Shown here one piece after another: positions 15,751 through 17,191 of a DNA stretch of 17,191 bases. This DNA is from Planctomycetota bacterium. Its GTDB lineage: Bacteria; Planctomycetota; GCA-002687715; DRQF01. The notes below the pieces were generated by a model. That model was not told the origin of the DNA. It did not search any database and worked only from the letters and a program-made list of their open reading frames with translations. A program made the translations under genes and the position numbers. The first letter of the stretch is position 1. Each line of letters starts with the position of its first letter. The DNA lies in the NCBI GenBank assembly GCA_036479435.1, contig JAZGFI010000010.1, positions 1-17,191 on the forward strand. The letters are read 5' to 3'.

Positions 15751-17034
15751 TCCAGTTCCGCGACGCGGCGGCTTTCGGTTTTCTGCTCTTTCAAAGGAAT
15801 GCCGTCGCCAATCCACTTCGAGGCGGGGTCTTCATGTCCTGCCCCTTGTGAATTGGCGAGTTCCGCCGGGGTCTTCCCAAAACGATACCTCCATGCGCTC
15901 CTGTCCGGAGTCCCAATGGTCGACTTCCGGTACGCCACCACTCCAGTGGATTATTTGGTACGAATACCCAAACTGTTGCCCCCAGGCATAGGGCCCCTCG
16001 TCGCGCTCGATGGCAAATTTCCAGTTGCTCAGCAGTCGGCAGCGCTGGTCCGAATCGCTACCCAGGCGCACAATCTGGCTTTCTTCAAGCCGCCATACCT
16101 TCAACAATGTCCGCCGCTTGTCGCGGTCTGCCTGTGCTTTTTGGCCCGGAACAATTCGCAATTCTGAGCTATGCCAAATCTGAAGACTGGAACGCTCGGG
16201 TTTTTTCTTATCGCGCTTTGGGGCTTTCTTCTTATCGCTACCTGGCTCTGGGGGCGTTTCCGTATCCTTCTTCGACGCCGAAGTCTCTTCATCGTCCTCG
16301 TCGTCTTTGGCCTCAACGGGACGGACGCCGAAGGAGATCATGCCGCTGGCGTCTTGCCCACTTCGAACCGCCAGACTTCACGATCTCAAAACCTCCCTCT
16401 ATCAGCCCGAGGTTCAAGTTCGTATCGCTGGTGCTTCGCCGTCAAGAGTCCCTTGAAGGCCAAGACGGTGTGCACACTTTCCTTTTTGCTCGCATCCTCA
16501 ACCGTGCGCAATAAGACGAACTCGTTCGAGTCTTTTCACCAAGATGGTGATCGATAAGGAGCGCCCGAGGTATCAAGACCCCGCAGTCGCCCCGTCGTCG
16601 CATCGAGAACTTGAATCCCGCTTCCCGAATCGCCGCCCTTCCCCAAGGTGAAATCCAACAAAGACCCGACTGCACTCCAAGCAAAGTGAGTCGCGTTGCC
16701 GAAGCCAAGCTCGCCGCCTCTTTGAAATCAACAACTTGAAGAGCAGCCCCGACGCCAGCGGGTTTCTTGGCTTTCTTAAGTCGCTTCGATTCCTCGGCCG
16801 AGACGCCCACTGACCAAGCCACCCATTTTCCATCGGCAAAAAACCTCGCCGACCAACCCAATCTCTCCCACTTGCCGTAGTCCTTCGGCGTCAAGGTCGG
16901 CTTAGTCACCACCTCCTGGCCAAAACAAATCCAGTAACAATCAGCAGCAAGACCAGGGCACAGGAGACATCCCGGGCTAAGAGTCAACGCGGCAAGGTTC
17001 CGCGGTTACGCAAGGCATTCTCGTAAGTTCGCAT
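15744..17034 (-). pseudogene. Degraded S9-family (prolyl oligopeptidase / dipeptidyl aminopeptidase-like) secreted peptidase
   Basis: AGGAG and ATG 17034; TGA at 16986-84; signal ALVLLLIVTGFVLA. A frameshift leads to QEVVTKPTLTPKDYGKWERL...ADGKWVAW. Further fragments are GIQVLDATTGRLRGLD...SPSW*KDS (TGA 16538-36), ISFGVRP...LQIWHSSELRIVPGQ, IHWSGGVPEVDHWDSGQERMEVSFWEDP and terminal PASKWIGDGIPL. The family call rests on recalled motifs; no GxSxG is present. Confidence 0.75.
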
Positions 17035-17191
17035 CGGGCCACTCCTGAAAACACGGGGACCCGCCCCAGCGATTCCGCATCGAGAAAAAGTGACTGAGGC
17101 GAACCTCCCGTAACCCTCATTTCGAGGCCGTTTTCAACGACTTTTGTTTCGTCGTAGACAAAAAGCAAATTCGCATCCACTTTGATCTAGA

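Noticed and set aside
14770..16986. Stop-codon reassignment or selenocysteine read-through explaining the internal TGA/TAG codons
   Set aside because: Intact genes here terminate at TGA (e.g. 1749-51) and TAG (319-21), and the same regions also contain frameshifts and deletions.
16977..17180. 67-aa minus-strand ORF at the window end
   Set aside because: It overlaps the RBS and start of the peptidase pseudogene in another frame and has no motif. It cannot be judged without upstream sequence.

Overview
GC-rich bacterial chromosomal window. It is probably Planctomycetota; this is inferred from the Ser/Thr kinase-FGE fusion and the FG-GAP protein with a planctomycete-type C-terminal module. From left to right it holds: a 5'-truncated divergent GroES-family gene with no groEL downstream; a translationally coupled pair of secreted amidohydrolases, one keeping and one lacking the metal ligands; a hairpin; an opposite-strand lipoprotein with a Cys-His-Asp triad-like signature; a ~630 bp hairpin-rich divergent intergenic region; a membrane Ser/Thr kinase fused to an FGE-sulfatase (C-type lectin-fold) domain; and a Cys/His lipoprotein preceded by a poly-C tract. 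Next on the minus strand is an operon of TolC, a MacA-like adaptor, an ABC ATPase, a MacB-like permease and a SAM methyltransferase, followed by an uncalled 26-aa ORF. Further right is yaiI. The last ~2.4 kb hold two convergent, heavily decayed genes not resolved by the ORF track: an FG-GAP/CRTAC1(ASPIC-UnbV)-like protein and an S9 peptidase. Both carry stops, frameshifts and large internal deletions, and they abut tail-to-tail. I found no rRNA, tRNA, CRISPR array, transposase, integrase or reverse transcriptase. No clearly new system is demonstrable from sequence alone; the findings are candidates.
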